DNA of 64,000 nt from assembly GCA_965223795.1 (NCBI GenBank), contig CBDCXL010000002.1, positions 3,040,001-3,104,000 of the forward strand, given 5' to 3'. The number at the start of each line of letters is the position of its first letter. The stretch's first letter is position 1. A program made the translations under genes and the position numbers. The notes beneath the pieces were generated by a model. The model was given only the letters and a program-made list of their open reading frames with translations, searched no databases and was not told the origin of the DNA. Source of the stretch: Nitrospinales bacterium. Its GTDB lineage: Bacteria; Nitrospinota; Nitrospinia; Nitrospinales; VA-1. Of this stretch, positions 48,295 to 58,800 are shown one piece after another.

Positions 48295-48402
48295 AGATCG
48301 ATCGACTTTATGCGAAGTCAATAAAAAAGGAAACCCCTCTGCGGCAATCGGGCTTCGCGGGATTGAGGACGGTTTCCATTGGGACCTGAACGCGGCACGC
48401 GG

Positions 48403-48753
48403 TCACTTCTCAACGACTTCATTGTTTTCGTCGAGCAGCACGACCTTAGGCGCGTATGTGTCTGAATCTGCATCCATCATACCATAAGCCACAATGATGA
48501 TGCGATCATTTATCTGTGCCATCCGGGCCGCTGCCCCGTTCAGGGCAATGGTTTTGGAGCCGCGCTCGCAGGTGATCGCGTAGGTGATGAGGCGGCCGCC
48601 GGTGTTGATATTGAACACGTGAACCTGCTCGTAGGGCACGATCCCCACCCGGTCCATGAGATCGGGATCGATCTCGATGCTGCCCTCGTAGTCCATCCTG
48701 GTATCCGTGACGCGGGCCCGGTGAAGTTTGGATTTTAACATTATTCGCTGCAT
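48403..48753 (-). CDS. panD: Aspartate 1-decarboxylase
   Basis: [17 protein letters not shown] (autocleavage), TYAI, LNGAAAR. Confidence 0.95.
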   Translation of the reverse strand: MQRIMLKSKLHRARVTDTRMDYEGSIEIDPDLMDRVGIVPYEQVHVFNINTGGRLITYAITCERGSKTIALNGAAARMAQINDRIIIVAYGMMDADSDTYAPKVVLLDENNEVVEK

Positions 48754-49601
48754 TTCGCCCTCCAGACGAGGCTGTTGTCGATCAATCGGGTGTCGCCGAC
48801 ACGCACGGCCAGTGCGATGAGAGACGGGTCCTGAACCGTGTCGTGCTCGATGAAGGTTTCCGGGTCGCAGATGGAAAGGTAATCCACCTGGGCGCCCTCG
48901 CGGCTTTCAAGAATCCGCGTCATCGCGCCGCGGATCGAAGAAGCGGAAGTCTCTCCCTGTGCCACGAGGTCTTTCGCCGTTTCCAGGGCTTTCGAGAGGG
49001 ACAACGCAATGACGCGCTGTTCCCCGTTCAAGTATTCGTTCCTCGAACTCATCGCCAGCCCGTCCTTTTCCCGCACCAGGGGGCAGCGGACGATGGCGAC
49101 ATCGAGATTGAGGTCGCGCACCAGCGTTTGGACGACCGCAAGCTGCTGCCAGTCCTTCTCGCCGAAAAACGCCTTGTGCGGCCGGACGATGTTGAACAGT
49201 TTCAGCACCACGGTGGCCACGCCGCGGAAAAAATCCGGACGGCTTTTGCCGCACAGCGCATCGGTGAGGGTCTCCACGTTGACGAAGGTCCTGTATCCCT
49301 CAGGATACATGGCCGCGGTTTCGGGACAGAACATCACGTCCACCCCGGCGAGCGCGAGCCTGGCCTCGTCGCCTTTGAGGTCGCGGGGATAGGTGTCCAG
49401 GTCTTCGTTTTTGCCGAACTGCGCCGGGTTGACGAAGACGCTGACCACCGTCACGTCCGTGGCGAGCAACGACCGCTCCACCAGGCTCATATGCCCCTGG
49501 TGCAGGCGGCCCATGGTCGGGACGAAACCGAGGGTCTTGCCGTCGCGGCGCGCGGCCTCGGAAAAGGCCCGCATTGCCTCAATGGAGGTGATGATTTTCA
49601 T
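48741..49601 (-). CDS. panC: Pantoate-beta-alanine ligase
   Basis: [39 protein letters not shown]. Confidence 0.95.
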   Translation of the reverse strand: MKIITSIEAMRAFSEAARRDGKTLGFVPTMGRLHQGHMSLVERSLLATDVTVVSVFVNPAQFGKNEDLDTYPRDLKGDEARLALAGVDVMFCPETAAMYPEGYRTFVNVETLTDALCGKSRPDFFRGVATVVLKLFNIVRPHKAFFGEKDWQQLAVVQTLVRDLNLDVAIVRCPLVREKDGLAMSSRNEYLNGEQRVIALSLSKALETAKDLVAQGETSASSIRGAMTRILESREGAQVDYLSICDPETFIEHDTVQDPSLIALAVRVGDTRLIDNSLVWRAKCSE

Positions 49602-49615
49602 GGGCGTCTGTCTGC

Positions 49616-50467
49616 TCACCGTTCGTCCACTTTTTTAAGCGGTGTTTTTTCCATCGTGTACGAGTGCTCCTCGCCGGGGAAGGTTCCTGAGCGCACTTCC
49701 CGGATGTAGGCGTCCACCGCCTGGGTGACGTCCTCGGCCAGGTTCGCGTATTTTTTGACGAACTTGGGGGTGAACTCGGTGTTGAGTCCCAATAGATCGT
49801 GCATCACCAGGATCTGGCCGTCGCAGTCCGGTCCCGCGCCGATGCCGATGGTCGGAACTTTCACGTCCGCGGTGATCTCGGCGGCCAGCTCGGAGGGCAT
49901 GCCCTCGAGCACGATGGCAAAGGCGCCGGCTTTTTCCAGGTCCTTCGCGTCCTGTTTGATCTGCCGGGCCTTCTGAAAGGTTTTCCCCTGCACGCGGTAA
50001 CCGCCCATCTGGTGCACCGACTGCGGCGTCAGGCCGATGTGCCCCATCACCGGGATGCCCGCCTCGACCAGCGCGCGCACCCGTGCGGCCATGTGGGAAC
50101 CGCCTTCCAGTTTCACCGCGGCGGCGCCGCCTTCCTTGAGGAAACGGCCGGCGTTCTCGATCGCCTGCGCGTCGGAGGTCTGATAGGACATGAACGGCAT
50201 GTCGCCGACCAGCAGGCTTGCACGATTGCCACGCCCAACAGCGCGCGTGTGCAGGATCATTTCGTCCAGCGTGACGGGCAGCGTGTTTTCGTAACCCAGA
50301 GACATCATGGCGAGCGAATCCCCCACCAGCAGGATGTCGATGTCCGTCGTGTCCAAAAGACGCGCGAAGCTGTAGTCGTAGACCGTGAGCGAGGTGATTT
50401 TGTTTTTGGAATTTTTTCTTCCCAGAATGCCGGGAACGGTCCTGAGTTTCTTATCCTGGGTGCTCAT
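49616..50467 (-). CDS. panB: 3-methyl-2-oxobutanoate hydroxymethyltransferase
   Basis: LLVGDSL, DMPFMSY, VKLEGG, GHIGLTPQS, IGIGAG..CDGQILV. Confidence 0.96.
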   Translation of the reverse strand: MSTQDKKLRTVPGILGRKNSKNKITSLTVYDYSFARLLDTTDIDILLVGDSLAMMSLGYENTLPVTLDEMILHTRAVGRGNRASLLVGDMPFMSYQTSDAQAIENAGRFLKEGGAAAVKLEGGSHMAARVRALVEAGIPVMGHIGLTPQSVHQMGGYRVQGKTFQKARQIKQDAKDLEKAGAFAIVLEGMPSELAAEITADVKVPTIGIGAGPDCDGQILVMHDLLGLNTEFTPKFVKKYANLAEDVTQAVDAYIREVRSGTFPGEEHSYTMEKTPLKKVDER

Positions 50468-50530
50468 GGCAACGGTGACCGAGTGAAGCGAGGATCTGAA
50501 AGGCGGGCGGCGCGCTCTGCGGCGGAGCAT

Positions 50531-50562
50531 AAAAAAAGCCCGCCGACAGATAGCCGGTGGGC
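50531..50562 (-). terminator. Intrinsic terminator in the panB leader
   Basis: Minus strand GCCCACCGGC-TATCT-GTCGGCGGGC then T7. Confidence 0.75.
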
Positions 50563-50583
50563 AAGGGTCAATCGCATCCATGA

Positions 50584-50685
50584 CGCGCCGTGTTTCTTAT
50601 CGGCCTGCGGGCAGGTCCTTCAGAGACGCAATGGTTGCAATGGAATTTGGAATGCCCCGTCCCGGTCCTGTCAGGATCCAAGCGG
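50584..50685 (-). ncRNA. Probable pan RNA motif (tandem bulged-A hairpins)
   Basis: Two hairpins with bulged A residues (50657-50685, 50584-50630) directly upstream of a terminator and panBCD. Confidence 0.5.
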
Positions 50686-51321
50686 ATTGTAGTATTCTCG
50701 CCCTATTTTATGGGTATTGATTTTTTTTATCAACTCTTCCAGGTCGCCTTTTCTTTCCACGAAATCGATCTCGTTCGTGTTGATGACCAGAAGCGGTGTT
50801 TCGGAATAATAAAAAAAGAAGTTGTTGAACGCCTTGTTGACCGCCTCCAGGTATTCCAGGTCGATGAACGCCTCGTATTCGCGGTTGCGTTTTTCGACCC
50901 GCTCCCGGAGGACATGGGTGTCTGCCTGTAAAAAGATGACCAAATCGGGCTTGGGGATTTTTATTTTTATCAGATTGTAGATCTGGTTGTAGAGCTGGAG
51001 CTCGTGGCCCTTTAAATTCAATGCCGCAAACACCGGATCGCGCTGGAACAGAAAATCCACGATGACCACGGAATTGAACAGATCCCGCTGCGCGAGGCTC
51101 AGATAATGGTTGTAGCGGCTCAGTAAAAAAAAAATCTGCGTCTGGAAGGCGAGGGCTTCGCGGTCGTCGTAAAAATTGGGCAGGAAGGGGTTGGCCTCGT
51201 CGTTTTCCAGGATCAATTTTGCATCATATTGTTTTCCAAGGAGTTTTGAGAGCGAGGTCTTGCCGGCGCCGATGGCTCCTTCCACGGCGATGAAGCGGGG
51301 CTCGATCAGGGGTTTTGTCAT
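50671..51321 (-). CDS. Deoxynucleoside kinase family protein
   Basis: IAVEGAIGAGKT, NPFLPNFY, FQTQIFFLLSR, PDLVIFLQA. Confidence 0.92.
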   Translation of the reverse strand: MTKPLIEPRFIAVEGAIGAGKTSLSKLLGKQYDAKLILENDEANPFLPNFYDDREALAFQTQIFFLLSRYNHYLSLAQRDLFNSVVIVDFLFQRDPVFAALNLKGHELQLYNQIYNLIKIKIPKPDLVIFLQADTHVLRERVEKRNREYEAFIDLEYLEAVNKAFNNFFFYYSETPLLVINTNEIDFVERKGDLEELIKKINTHKIGREYYNPLGS

Positions 51322-51401
51322 GGCGGCAGCGGTTCAACTCGTTGGGATGGTCGGCCGGTTTCGAGACCCCGGGACCTGCTTGAGAAGTCCTCTGGGAGGC
51401 G

Positions 51402-51767
51402 TCAATTCTGATTCACGGCCTGCAGGATTTCCTTGATAGTCAGCTTCAGTTCGCGCAGATCGGCGGATTTGACCACATACGCGTCGGAGGCCCAGACTCT
51501 GAAATCCTGCTTGTAGCGTCCGTAGGCGGAGCACAGCACGACCGGGATTTCGCTTTTATCCTCTTTGAGCTTGCGCATGAACTCGATCCCGTCCATCCCC
51601 GGCATTTTGATGTCCAGGGTGATGAGGTCGGGTTCGATCTTTTCGATCTGCTTCATTCCCTCCTCGGCGGTGGCGGCCACGTGAACCTCATACCCTTCAT
51701 CCTGCAACTCTTCCTTGTACAGGAGCCGGATGTTTTCTTCATCGTCGATGATCAAAATTTTTTTCAT
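51402..51767 (-). CDS. Single-domain response regulator
   Basis: ILIIDDE, DLITLDIKMPGMDG, YVVKS; GGAGGG RBS. Confidence 0.92.
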   Translation of the reverse strand: MKKILIIDDEENIRLLYKEELQDEGYEVHVAATAEEGMKQIEKIEPDLITLDIKMPGMDGIEFMRKLKEDKSEIPVVLCSAYGRYKQDFRVWASDAYVVKSADLRELKLTIKEILQAVNQN

Positions 51768-51884
51768 CGCACCCTCCAATAGGAGAACCATTGTTAGATT
51801 GCCACGAGGGTGGTGCCCTGCTTTCTTTTCTCCAAACTCGTTGAAACGGCGGGGACGGTCTTTGAAGCGGAAGGGTTCGAGAGA

Positions 51885-53801
51885 CTAATTTTTATAACAA
51901 TCGGAACTGTTTTGCAATGGTAAATGGATGTACACGGTCACGCCGTGGCCGATGTTGTTTTCAAAACGGATGGTTCCTCCATGATGTTCAATGATTTTGC
52001 GCGATATGGAGAGGCCGAGCCCGGTCCCCGAAGATTTGGTGGTGAAGAACGGATTGAATATGTTGTCGAAAATCTCCTGCGGAATGCCGCCGCCGGTGTC
52101 TTCCATGCGAATGGTCACCACTTTCTGGCCCAGGATGTATTCGCCCTGGTAGGTCTCCACATTCAGATCTCCGCCTTGCGGCATCGACTCCATGGCGTTG
52201 AAGAACAGGTTGATCAAAACCTGCTTGATCTTCTGCCGGTCGAGGAGGAGCTTTGGCAGGCCGCCGGCTTTTTCCAGGTTCACCGTGATGCTTTTTCCGT
52301 AAAAGCCGGAGCGGAACAGGTAGATCGCTTCCTCGATGACGTCGTTCACCTGCACCTCCTCACGTTCGAGGACCGCGGCCTTGGAATAAAACAGGATGTT
52401 TTTCAGCAGTTTTTCGAGACGGCCGACTTCGTCGATGATGATGTTGGAGTAGGTGATGAGGTTTTTGGTTTTATTTTCCTTGTTGTCCTTTTCTGTGGAA
52501 ACGAATTTTTTAACGGTGTTCTGCAGCCGGCGGGCGAATCCGCCGATGGAGACGAGCGGATTTTTGATTTCGTGGGCGACTTCCGCGGACACTTCTCCCA
52601 GCGCGGCGAGTTTCTCCGACTGCACCAGCTGTTCTTTGGTGGAGAGCAGCTCACGGTTGGCCTCCAGCAGTTTGGTGAACAGGCGGGAATTTTCCATCGC
52701 CCAGCTTGCGTGCGTGGTGAACCGGGTCAGCAGGCGCAGCTGATCTTCGGTGATGGGTTCGTGGTTGTAGCGGTTGTCCACCAGGATCACGCCCAGCACT
52801 TCCTTGTGGGTGATGAGCGGCACCGTGGCGAAGGCGTTGACGCCGACCGCCTCGATGAACTCTTTGCTGACCAGGGGGTGCTTGCCGGCGTCGGTGATGT
52901 TGAACACTTTTTTCTGCACCACCGTTTCCGTGAGGATGTGCGCGCCCGGTTCGATGGGAAAGCTCAGACCGCGCACGAATTGATTGAAAGCGGAATTTTT
53001 ATATTCCTCCCGGTCCGCTTCGGAGATGATCCACTGCAGCATGTCTTTTTCCGTGCTGCCCCATTCGCGCCAGATGCGCGAGGCGTCTTCGGGGGAGTCC
53101 GGCCCGACCCCCATGATGCCATCGAGAGTGCCGCTGTCTTCGTTGACCGCGAACAGCATCGCCCGGTTGAAGCCGCCCGCTTCGCCCATGGTGATGCCGC
53201 TCAGGATGATCCACAGACCGTGCTCCAGCTTGAGGGAGGTCTGCACGGCCATGCTGATGTCATAAAGGATGGTCTGTTCCTTGAGCAGCATCTGGCTGGC
53301 GTTGTAGAGCATGGCGTTGCGGATGCAGCCGGAGACCTGGTTGGCGATGGTCTCCATGATCAGCACTTCCGCCGGTGAGTAATTGCGCTGTTCGAAGTTG
53401 TGCACGTTTATGACGCCGATGCACGCTTCCTTGAAGATCATGGGAACCGACAGCATGGACTGAAACCGTTCTTCCTGGATTTCCGGAAAATACACGAAGC
53501 GCGGGTCGTGAAAGGCGTCGCTCAGGGCGAGGGTTTTTTTCTCCTTGGCCACCCAGCCGGTGATGCCCTGGCCGATCTTCAGGCGGATGGACAGGGAGAC
53601 CTCCTTGGGCAGACCCTGCACGCCTTTCAGGTTGAGATACGGTTCGGTTTCGTCGGTGAGATAAATGGAACAGGCATCCATGTGCATCTGGTTTTTGATG
53701 ACTTCGATGATGCGCTCGAGGGTTTCGTCCAGGTCGAGGGTGGAGTTGGCGATGCGGGCGATTTCCTGAAGCAGTTTCAGGCCGAGCTTGTCCTCATTCA
53801 T
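51885..53801 (-). CDS. Cytoplasmic GAF-GAF sensor histidine kinase
   Basis: Two GAF domains, AHEIKNPL H-box, NLFFNA, EDTGGGI, FFTTK, GTGLGL. Confidence 0.92.
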   Translation of the reverse strand: MNEDKLGLKLLQEIARIANSTLDLDETLERIIEVIKNQMHMDACSIYLTDETEPYLNLKGVQGLPKEVSLSIRLKIGQGITGWVAKEKKTLALSDAFHDPRFVYFPEIQEERFQSMLSVPMIFKEACIGVINVHNFEQRNYSPAEVLIMETIANQVSGCIRNAMLYNASQMLLKEQTILYDISMAVQTSLKLEHGLWIILSGITMGEAGGFNRAMLFAVNEDSGTLDGIMGVGPDSPEDASRIWREWGSTEKDMLQWIISEADREEYKNSAFNQFVRGLSFPIEPGAHILTETVVQKKVFNITDAGKHPLVSKEFIEAVGVNAFATVPLITHKEVLGVILVDNRYNHEPITEDQLRLLTRFTTHASWAMENSRLFTKLLEANRELLSTKEQLVQSEKLAALGEVSAEVAHEIKNPLVSIGGFARRLQNTVKKFVSTEKDNKENKTKNLITYSNIIIDEVGRLEKLLKNILFYSKAAVLEREEVQVNDVIEEAIYLFRSGFYGKSITVNLEKAGGLPKLLLDRQKIKQVLINLFFNAMESMPQGGDLNVETYQGEYILGQKVVTIRMEDTGGGIPQEIFDNIFNPFFTTKSSGTGLGLSISRKIIEHHGGTIRFENNIGHGVTVYIHLPLQNSSDCYKN

Positions 53802-53882
53802 GACGGACTCTCCATGAGAGTGCGCACCACGGCGGGATCTGCAAGGGACGGCCGTGCGGGGCAGGGAAGACGGCCGGGCGGG

Positions 53883-55343
53883 TCATTTTTCCAGAGCCTT
53901 GAAATAGAGCTGGGAATACTTGCCCGCCGTCTTGCTCCAGCTGAAGTTTTCCTCCATGCCATTCTGCACCAGCCTGTTCCAGAGAACCGGATTCTTAAAA
54001 GACGAGAGGGCTTTCTCAATGGCGTCCCAGAGCGCCGGGCCGCTGAAATCCTCGAAGCGGAAGCCGGTGCCTGCATGCGTTTTGGGATCGAATTCGGTCA
54101 CGGTGTCGCGCAATCCGCCCACGGCGTGAACGATGGGAACGGTTCCATATTTCATGGCGTACATTTGCGTCAGGCCGCAGGGTTCGTATTCGGAAGGCAT
54201 GAGCAACAGGTCGCTTCCGGCGATGAGCTTGTGAGCCAGGCCTTCATCGAAACCGATGACGGCGCCGCACTGCCCCGGGTGGTTCAGGCTCAAGGTGGAG
54301 AAAAACTGTTCGTGGCCGGGATCGCCGGTTCCCAGAAGCGCGAACGCCGCGCCCGCCTGCATGAGCCTGGGCATCGCCTTTTCGACGAGGTGGATTCCCT
54401 TTTGTTCGGAGAGCCGGGTGACCATGCAGACCACGGGGGTTGTTTCGTCCACCTTTAATGAAAATAAATCCGCCACCGACTTTTTGCAAGCGCGTTTTCC
54501 CGCCAGGTCCCCGGCGTTGTAGGTTGCGTCGAGCCAGGGGTCGGAAGCGGGGTTCCATTCTTTGTAGTCGGCGCCGTTCAAGATTCCGAACAGGTCTTTG
54601 GTTCGGTCCGTCAGGATGTGTTCCATGCCGAATCCGAATTGCTTGTCCTGAATTTCCTGGCTGTAATTCGGGCTCACGGTGGTCAGAATGTCCGAATAGA
54701 CCAGGCCGGATTTTAAAAAACTGAAATGGCCGTGGAACTCGGCTCCCTCTTTTGTGAAGCATTGCGGCGGCAGGCCGGACGGCAGGACCTCGGACGGCTT
54801 GAAATTGCCCTGGTAGCCGAGGTTGTGGATGGTGAACAGGGTGCGGGTGTCCTCAAACCAGGTGTCCTTGGCGTACAGCGTTTTGAGGTAGGCGGGCACA
54901 AGCCCGGTCTGCCAGTCGTTGACGTGGATGATGTCGGGCTTATAGCCTGAAGCTTTGCAGGATTCGAGGATGGCGCGGCAGAAAAAAGTGAACCGGTCGG
55001 CGTTGTCCGGGTAGTCTTTGCCGGCTTCCCCGTAGATGCCGTCGCGCAGGTAAAACCCGTCGTGACCGATGAGGTAGACGGGAATGCTTGTGTGGATGCG
55101 GCCTTCAAACAGAAACCCTTTGAGAGTCTTTGCACCCAGGGGCACGTCGATGTCGAGGCCTGAGGATTGGAATCCCTCTTTCGCCTGCACGGCGGATTTG
55201 TATTTGGGCATGATGACCGCGACTTCGTGTCCGAGCTGCTTGAGCGCGTCCGGCAGCGAGCCGGCGATGTCGGCGAGGCCGCCGGTTTTGGCATACGGGT
55301 GCACTTCGGATGCGGCGAGCAGGATTTTGAGTTTTCGATCCAT
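53883..55343 (-). CDS. glgA: Glycogen synthase
   Basis: KTGGLAD, HVNDWQT, TIHNLGYQG, RLSEQKG, PSEYEPCGLTQ. Confidence 0.95.
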   Translation of the reverse strand: MDRKLKILLAASEVHPYAKTGGLADIAGSLPDALKQLGHEVAVIMPKYKSAVQAKEGFQSSGLDIDVPLGAKTLKGFLFEGRIHTSIPVYLIGHDGFYLRDGIYGEAGKDYPDNADRFTFFCRAILESCKASGYKPDIIHVNDWQTGLVPAYLKTLYAKDTWFEDTRTLFTIHNLGYQGNFKPSEVLPSGLPPQCFTKEGAEFHGHFSFLKSGLVYSDILTTVSPNYSQEIQDKQFGFGMEHILTDRTKDLFGILNGADYKEWNPASDPWLDATYNAGDLAGKRACKKSVADLFSLKVDETTPVVCMVTRLSEQKGIHLVEKAMPRLMQAGAAFALLGTGDPGHEQFFSTLSLNHPGQCGAVIGFDEGLAHKLIAGSDLLLMPSEYEPCGLTQMYAMKYGTVPIVHAVGGLRDTVTEFDPKTHAGTGFRFEDFSGPALWDAIEKALSSFKNPVLWNRLVQNGMEENFSWSKTAGKYSQLYFKALEK

Positions 55344-55356
55344 TCGGGGTCTGCGC

Positions 55357-56355
55357 TTAGAGTTGGACGTTCCTGAGGGTTTCGGCCGCCGCTTCGGGCA
55401 GCACGGGATTGATGTAGAAACCCGTGCCCTGCTCGAATCCTGCCATTTTGGTCAATTTGGGCATGATTTCAAAATGCCAGTGGAAGCGGTGCTCGTACTG
55501 CCCGGTCAAAGGGGCGGTGTGCAGAAAAAAATTGTAGGGCGGCGCGTCCAGGGCGATCCGCATGCGGCTTAAGGACTCTTTGAAAATCGCGGCCAGGCGC
55601 TCGAGCACTTCGGGATCGCCGCTTTCAAAATGGGCGGCGTGGAACCGGGGCAGGATCCACATCTCGAACGGAAAGCGCGGCGCGTAGGGGCACAGGCTGA
55701 TGAAGGTTTCGTTCTGGGCGACGATCCTCTGTCCGTCCCTGATCTCCTGTTCGATGAGATGACAGAAAATGCACTGCTCTTTTTCATCGAAGTGACGGGT
55801 GGCGCCGGCGATTTCCTCGTGGACCAGATCGGGGACGATGGGCAACGCGATGAGCTGGCTGTGCGTGTGTTCCAGCGTGGCCCCCGCCGCTTCGCCGTGA
55901 TTTTTGAAGATCAGCACGTACTGGAAACGGGAATCCTGTTTGAGATCGAGAATGCGCGACTGGTACGCTTTGAGACAGTCCGTGAAACCGGACAGCGAAA
56001 GCTGGTCCAGATCCAGGGCGTGTTCGGGGGATTCGACGATCACTTCGTGCGCGCCGATGCCGTTGCGTTTTTCAAACAGGCCGTCGGTGGTGGCCTGCAT
56101 GTCGCCCTCGATGCGCAGAGCGGGAAATTTGTTGGGCACCACCCGCAGACTCCAGCCGGGGCTGTTCGCGGGGGAATCGGGCGGGCGCAGCGCGAAAATT
56201 TCCGGCGGCGTGGTGGCCTCGTTGCCGGTGCAGAAAGGGCACGTCCCTTTTCGGGTTTTTTTGACGGGGCTGGGGAAATCCTGCGGCCGCTTGCTCCGCT
56301 CTGTGGAGATGATCACCCACCGGTTGACGATGGGGTCCTTTCTCAATTCGGGCAT
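55357..56355 (-). CDS. galT: GalT-like nucleotidyltransferase (HIT superfamily)
   Basis: ELRKDP, CPFC, VVPNKFPAL, HEVIVE, GATLEHTHSQ, HWHFEI. Confidence 0.85.
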   Translation of the reverse strand: MPELRKDPIVNRWVIISTERSKRPQDFPSPVKKTRKGTCPFCTGNEATTPPEIFALRPPDSPANSPGWSLRVVPNKFPALRIEGDMQATTDGLFEKRNGIGAHEVIVESPEHALDLDQLSLSGFTDCLKAYQSRILDLKQDSRFQYVLIFKNHGEAAGATLEHTHSQLIALPIVPDLVHEEIAGATRHFDEKEQCIFCHLIEQEIRDGQRIVAQNETFISLCPYAPRFPFEMWILPRFHAAHFESGDPEVLERLAAIFKESLSRMRIALDAPPYNFFLHTAPLTGQYEHRFHWHFEIMPKLTKMAGFEQGTGFYINPVLPEAAAETLRNVQL

Positions 56356-56617
56356 GGGGGATGGTCTCCAAGAGGGCCGGCTGAGGGTGAACGCGGGCAG
56401 AAAATTCAGAATGGCAATACTAATGAAAGGCCCCCAAAATGTCAATGCGCCAGGGAGGGGGTGGAATTTGCCCCGCGGCTGCACGGAAATGCCATTGAAA
56501 CCAATAAGATGAGGGCCTATAATCGGATTACGACTCTGAATTTTATTCTTTATTAAGACGCGCGCACGGGCATTGCGCCCATCGCGGGTCGAATTGAATC
56601 GGCCGGGAAGGTTAGCC

Positions 56618-57826
56618 ATGCCAGGATCCCTTGATGGAAAGATCATCGCTCTGGGCGTTTCCGGAGGGATCGCCGCGTACAAGGCGGCGGAGCTGCTGCG
56701 GCTTTTCACCGCGGCGGGCGCCGAGGTGTTCGTGGTGATGAGCGCCAACGCCGGGCGGTTCGTGACGCCTTTGACCTTTGAGGCGCTTTCGGGCCATCCG
56801 GTGTACCACGAGGTGTTCGACTCTCCCGATGCGCATGCGATGCGCCATATTCAGGCGGCGGAACAGGCCGACCTGCTGGTGGTCGCACCGGCGACCGCCG
56901 GAACGATCGGCAAAATGGCGGGCGGTCTGGCGGACGATGCGCTGACGAATCTGTTTGCGGCCTACCGCGGACCGGTGATCCTCGCTCCTGCCATGAACGA
57001 CGGCATGTACGCCAACCCGGCGGTGCAGGACAACATCGCGAAGATGAAAGCGCGCGGCGTTCAATTCGTGGATCCCGAACACGGGGAGCTGGCCTGCGGC
57101 TCGGTGGGGCAGGGCCGTCTCGCCGATCCGGCGCGGATCTTTCAGGCGGCGCGCAACCGGCTGCAGGCACGGCAGGATTTAAAGGGGCTCAAACTCCTGG
57201 TGACGGCGGGGCCCACCCAGGAGCCGCTGGACCCGGTGCGGTACCTGACCAATCCTTCGTCCGGCAAGATGGGATTCGCCGTCGCGGCGCAGGGCAGGGC
57301 GCGCGGGGCGGAGGTGGTGCTGATCAGCGGGCCCACCCGGCTCGATGCGCCGGACGGGGTGGAGTTGCTGCCCTGCCAGCGGGCTTCGCAAATGAAGGAG
57401 CTGGTGCTCGAGCGTTTTCCCGATTGCGACGCGCTGGTGATGGTGGCGGCGGTGGGGGATTTTGCGCCGGAGAAGATCTCCAAGGAAAAGATCAAGAAAA
57501 AAGGCACCGAACCCCTGGTGCTTCGGCTCATGCCCACTCCCGACATCCTGGGAGAAGTTGCAAAGCTCAAAAAACGTCAGGTGGTGGTCGGGTTTGCGGC
57601 GGAATCGGAAAACGTCCTTGAAAGCGCAAAGACCAAACTGCGGAACAAGGATCTGGATCTGATTGTCGCGAACGACATCAGCGCACCCGGAATCGGTTTT
57701 CGTTCCGACAGCAACCAGGTGACGATATTGAGCCGGGAAGGCGGCGTCGATGCGCACCCCCTGCTCAGCAAAACGGAAATCGCCGATGTGATTCTCGATC
57801 GCATCCGCGAACGGCTCACCGCTTGA
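56618..57826 (+). CDS. coaBC: Phosphopantothenoylcysteine decarboxylase/ligase
   Basis: GGIAAYK, APAMN, LACG..G.GRL, TAGPTQEPLDPVRY, SSGKMG, GFAAE. Confidence 0.96.
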   Translation: MPGSLDGKIIALGVSGGIAAYKAAELLRLFTAAGAEVFVVMSANAGRFVTPLTFEALSGHPVYHEVFDSPDAHAMRHIQAAEQADLLVVAPATAGTIGKMAGGLADDALTNLFAAYRGPVILAPAMNDGMYANPAVQDNIAKMKARGVQFVDPEHGELACGSVGQGRLADPARIFQAARNRLQARQDLKGLKLLVTAGPTQEPLDPVRYLTNPSSGKMGFAVAAQGRARGAEVVLISGPTRLDAPDGVELLPCQRASQMKELVLERFPDCDALVMVAAVGDFAPEKISKEKIKKKGTEPLVLRLMPTPDILGEVAKLKKRQVVVGFAAESENVLESAKTKLRNKDLDLIVANDISAPGIGFRSDSNQVTILSREGGVDAHPLLSKTEIADVILDRIRERLTA

Positions 57827-57876
57827 CCCACTTTTGACCTGCGCGTGCGCGGGTCTTCCCCACGTCTATTCCAAAT

Positions 57877-58800
57877 CTATTTCAAGATGGTGATCAGCTT
57901 TGTGCGGTTTGATATTTTGAATTTTCTGTAAATGTTTTTCAGGTGGGTGCGTATGGTGTGGATGCTGAGAAACAGTCCCTCCGCGATTTCCCGGTCGCTC
58001 AACCCGTCTATGACCAGCAAGCGGGCGATTTCCATTTCGCGTTTGGAGAGTCCGGCTTCCTGCATTCGCTGAAGACTGTCTGGAGTGAGCCGCTTCACAT
58101 TGTGGGCAATGGATCCGTTCTGTACTGTGGTGTTGCTTCCTGTCAATTCCCTCACGAGACTGACGATGGTGTCCTTTTGCCCGCCTGGCGTGCGCACGCT
58201 ATGCAGAGTGTGGCAGGTGAAGATGGTCTTTCCCTGCTTGGACAGGCAGCGGATGTCGATTGAAAAACCGTTGAGCGTTCCGGTATGGATCTGTTGGGAA
58301 AGGAAAAAATAATTCTCGATGTCCTCCGGATGGATCAGCCGATTCCAGTTGAGAGCCAGCATTTCATTGCGCGAGTAGCAAAGGATGTTGCACAGATGCT
58401 GGTTGACTTCGTTCAGTCTGTGGTCGGTGGAAGAAAATGCGATCCCCAACGGTTCCCTGAGATTGATGGTCAAGTCGGAGTTTTGTGAAACCGTCTGGTT
58501 TTTCAGCAACCGTTCGCAGATATTGACTCCAAGGTTGAGGATCTGCAATTCATCGTACTTTGAAGGAAAAAAGGTGTCGGGATTTGCTTCTTTAAAGGTT
58601 GACGGCGCCTTTGAGGGTGCGGGCGGACGAGCCTGTTTGCTTTCCGGAACGCCGAGTTTGAATTTTTTAATGTGAATCAGATCAGATTTTGCGGGGTGGT
58701 TTTTCAGATGATCCGATTTGACGGATCGAAGGTTCTGAATGGATTGCTCTGGCTGCAGGCCGATGCCTGACTGCTTTCCCCGTGATTTTGCGCCGGCCAT
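57877..58800 (-). CDS. PAS-domain LuxR-family transcriptional regulator
   Basis: PAS (VNQHLCNILCYSRNEM..W..LIHPED); LuxR HTH (LSKREMEIA..GLSDREIAEGLFLSIHTIRTHLKNIYRK); GGAG RBS. Confidence 0.88.
   Translation of the reverse strand: MAGAKSRGKQSGIGLQPEQSIQNLRSVKSDHLKNHPAKSDLIHIKKFKLGVPESKQARPPAPSKAPSTFKEANPDTFFPSKYDELQILNLGVNICERLLKNQTVSQNSDLTINLREPLGIAFSSTDHRLNEVNQHLCNILCYSRNEMLALNWNRLIHPEDIENYFFLSQQIHTGTLNGFSIDIRCLSKQGKTIFTCHTLHSVRTPGGQKDTIVSLVRELTGSNTTVQNGSIAHNVKRLTPDSLQRMQEAGLSKREMEIARLLVIDGLSDREIAEGLFLSIHTIRTHLKNIYRKFKISNRTKLITILK

Noticed and set aside
57877..58800. Naming the regulator csgD
   Set aside because: The N-terminal region is PAS-like rather than receiver-like; orthology is not supported
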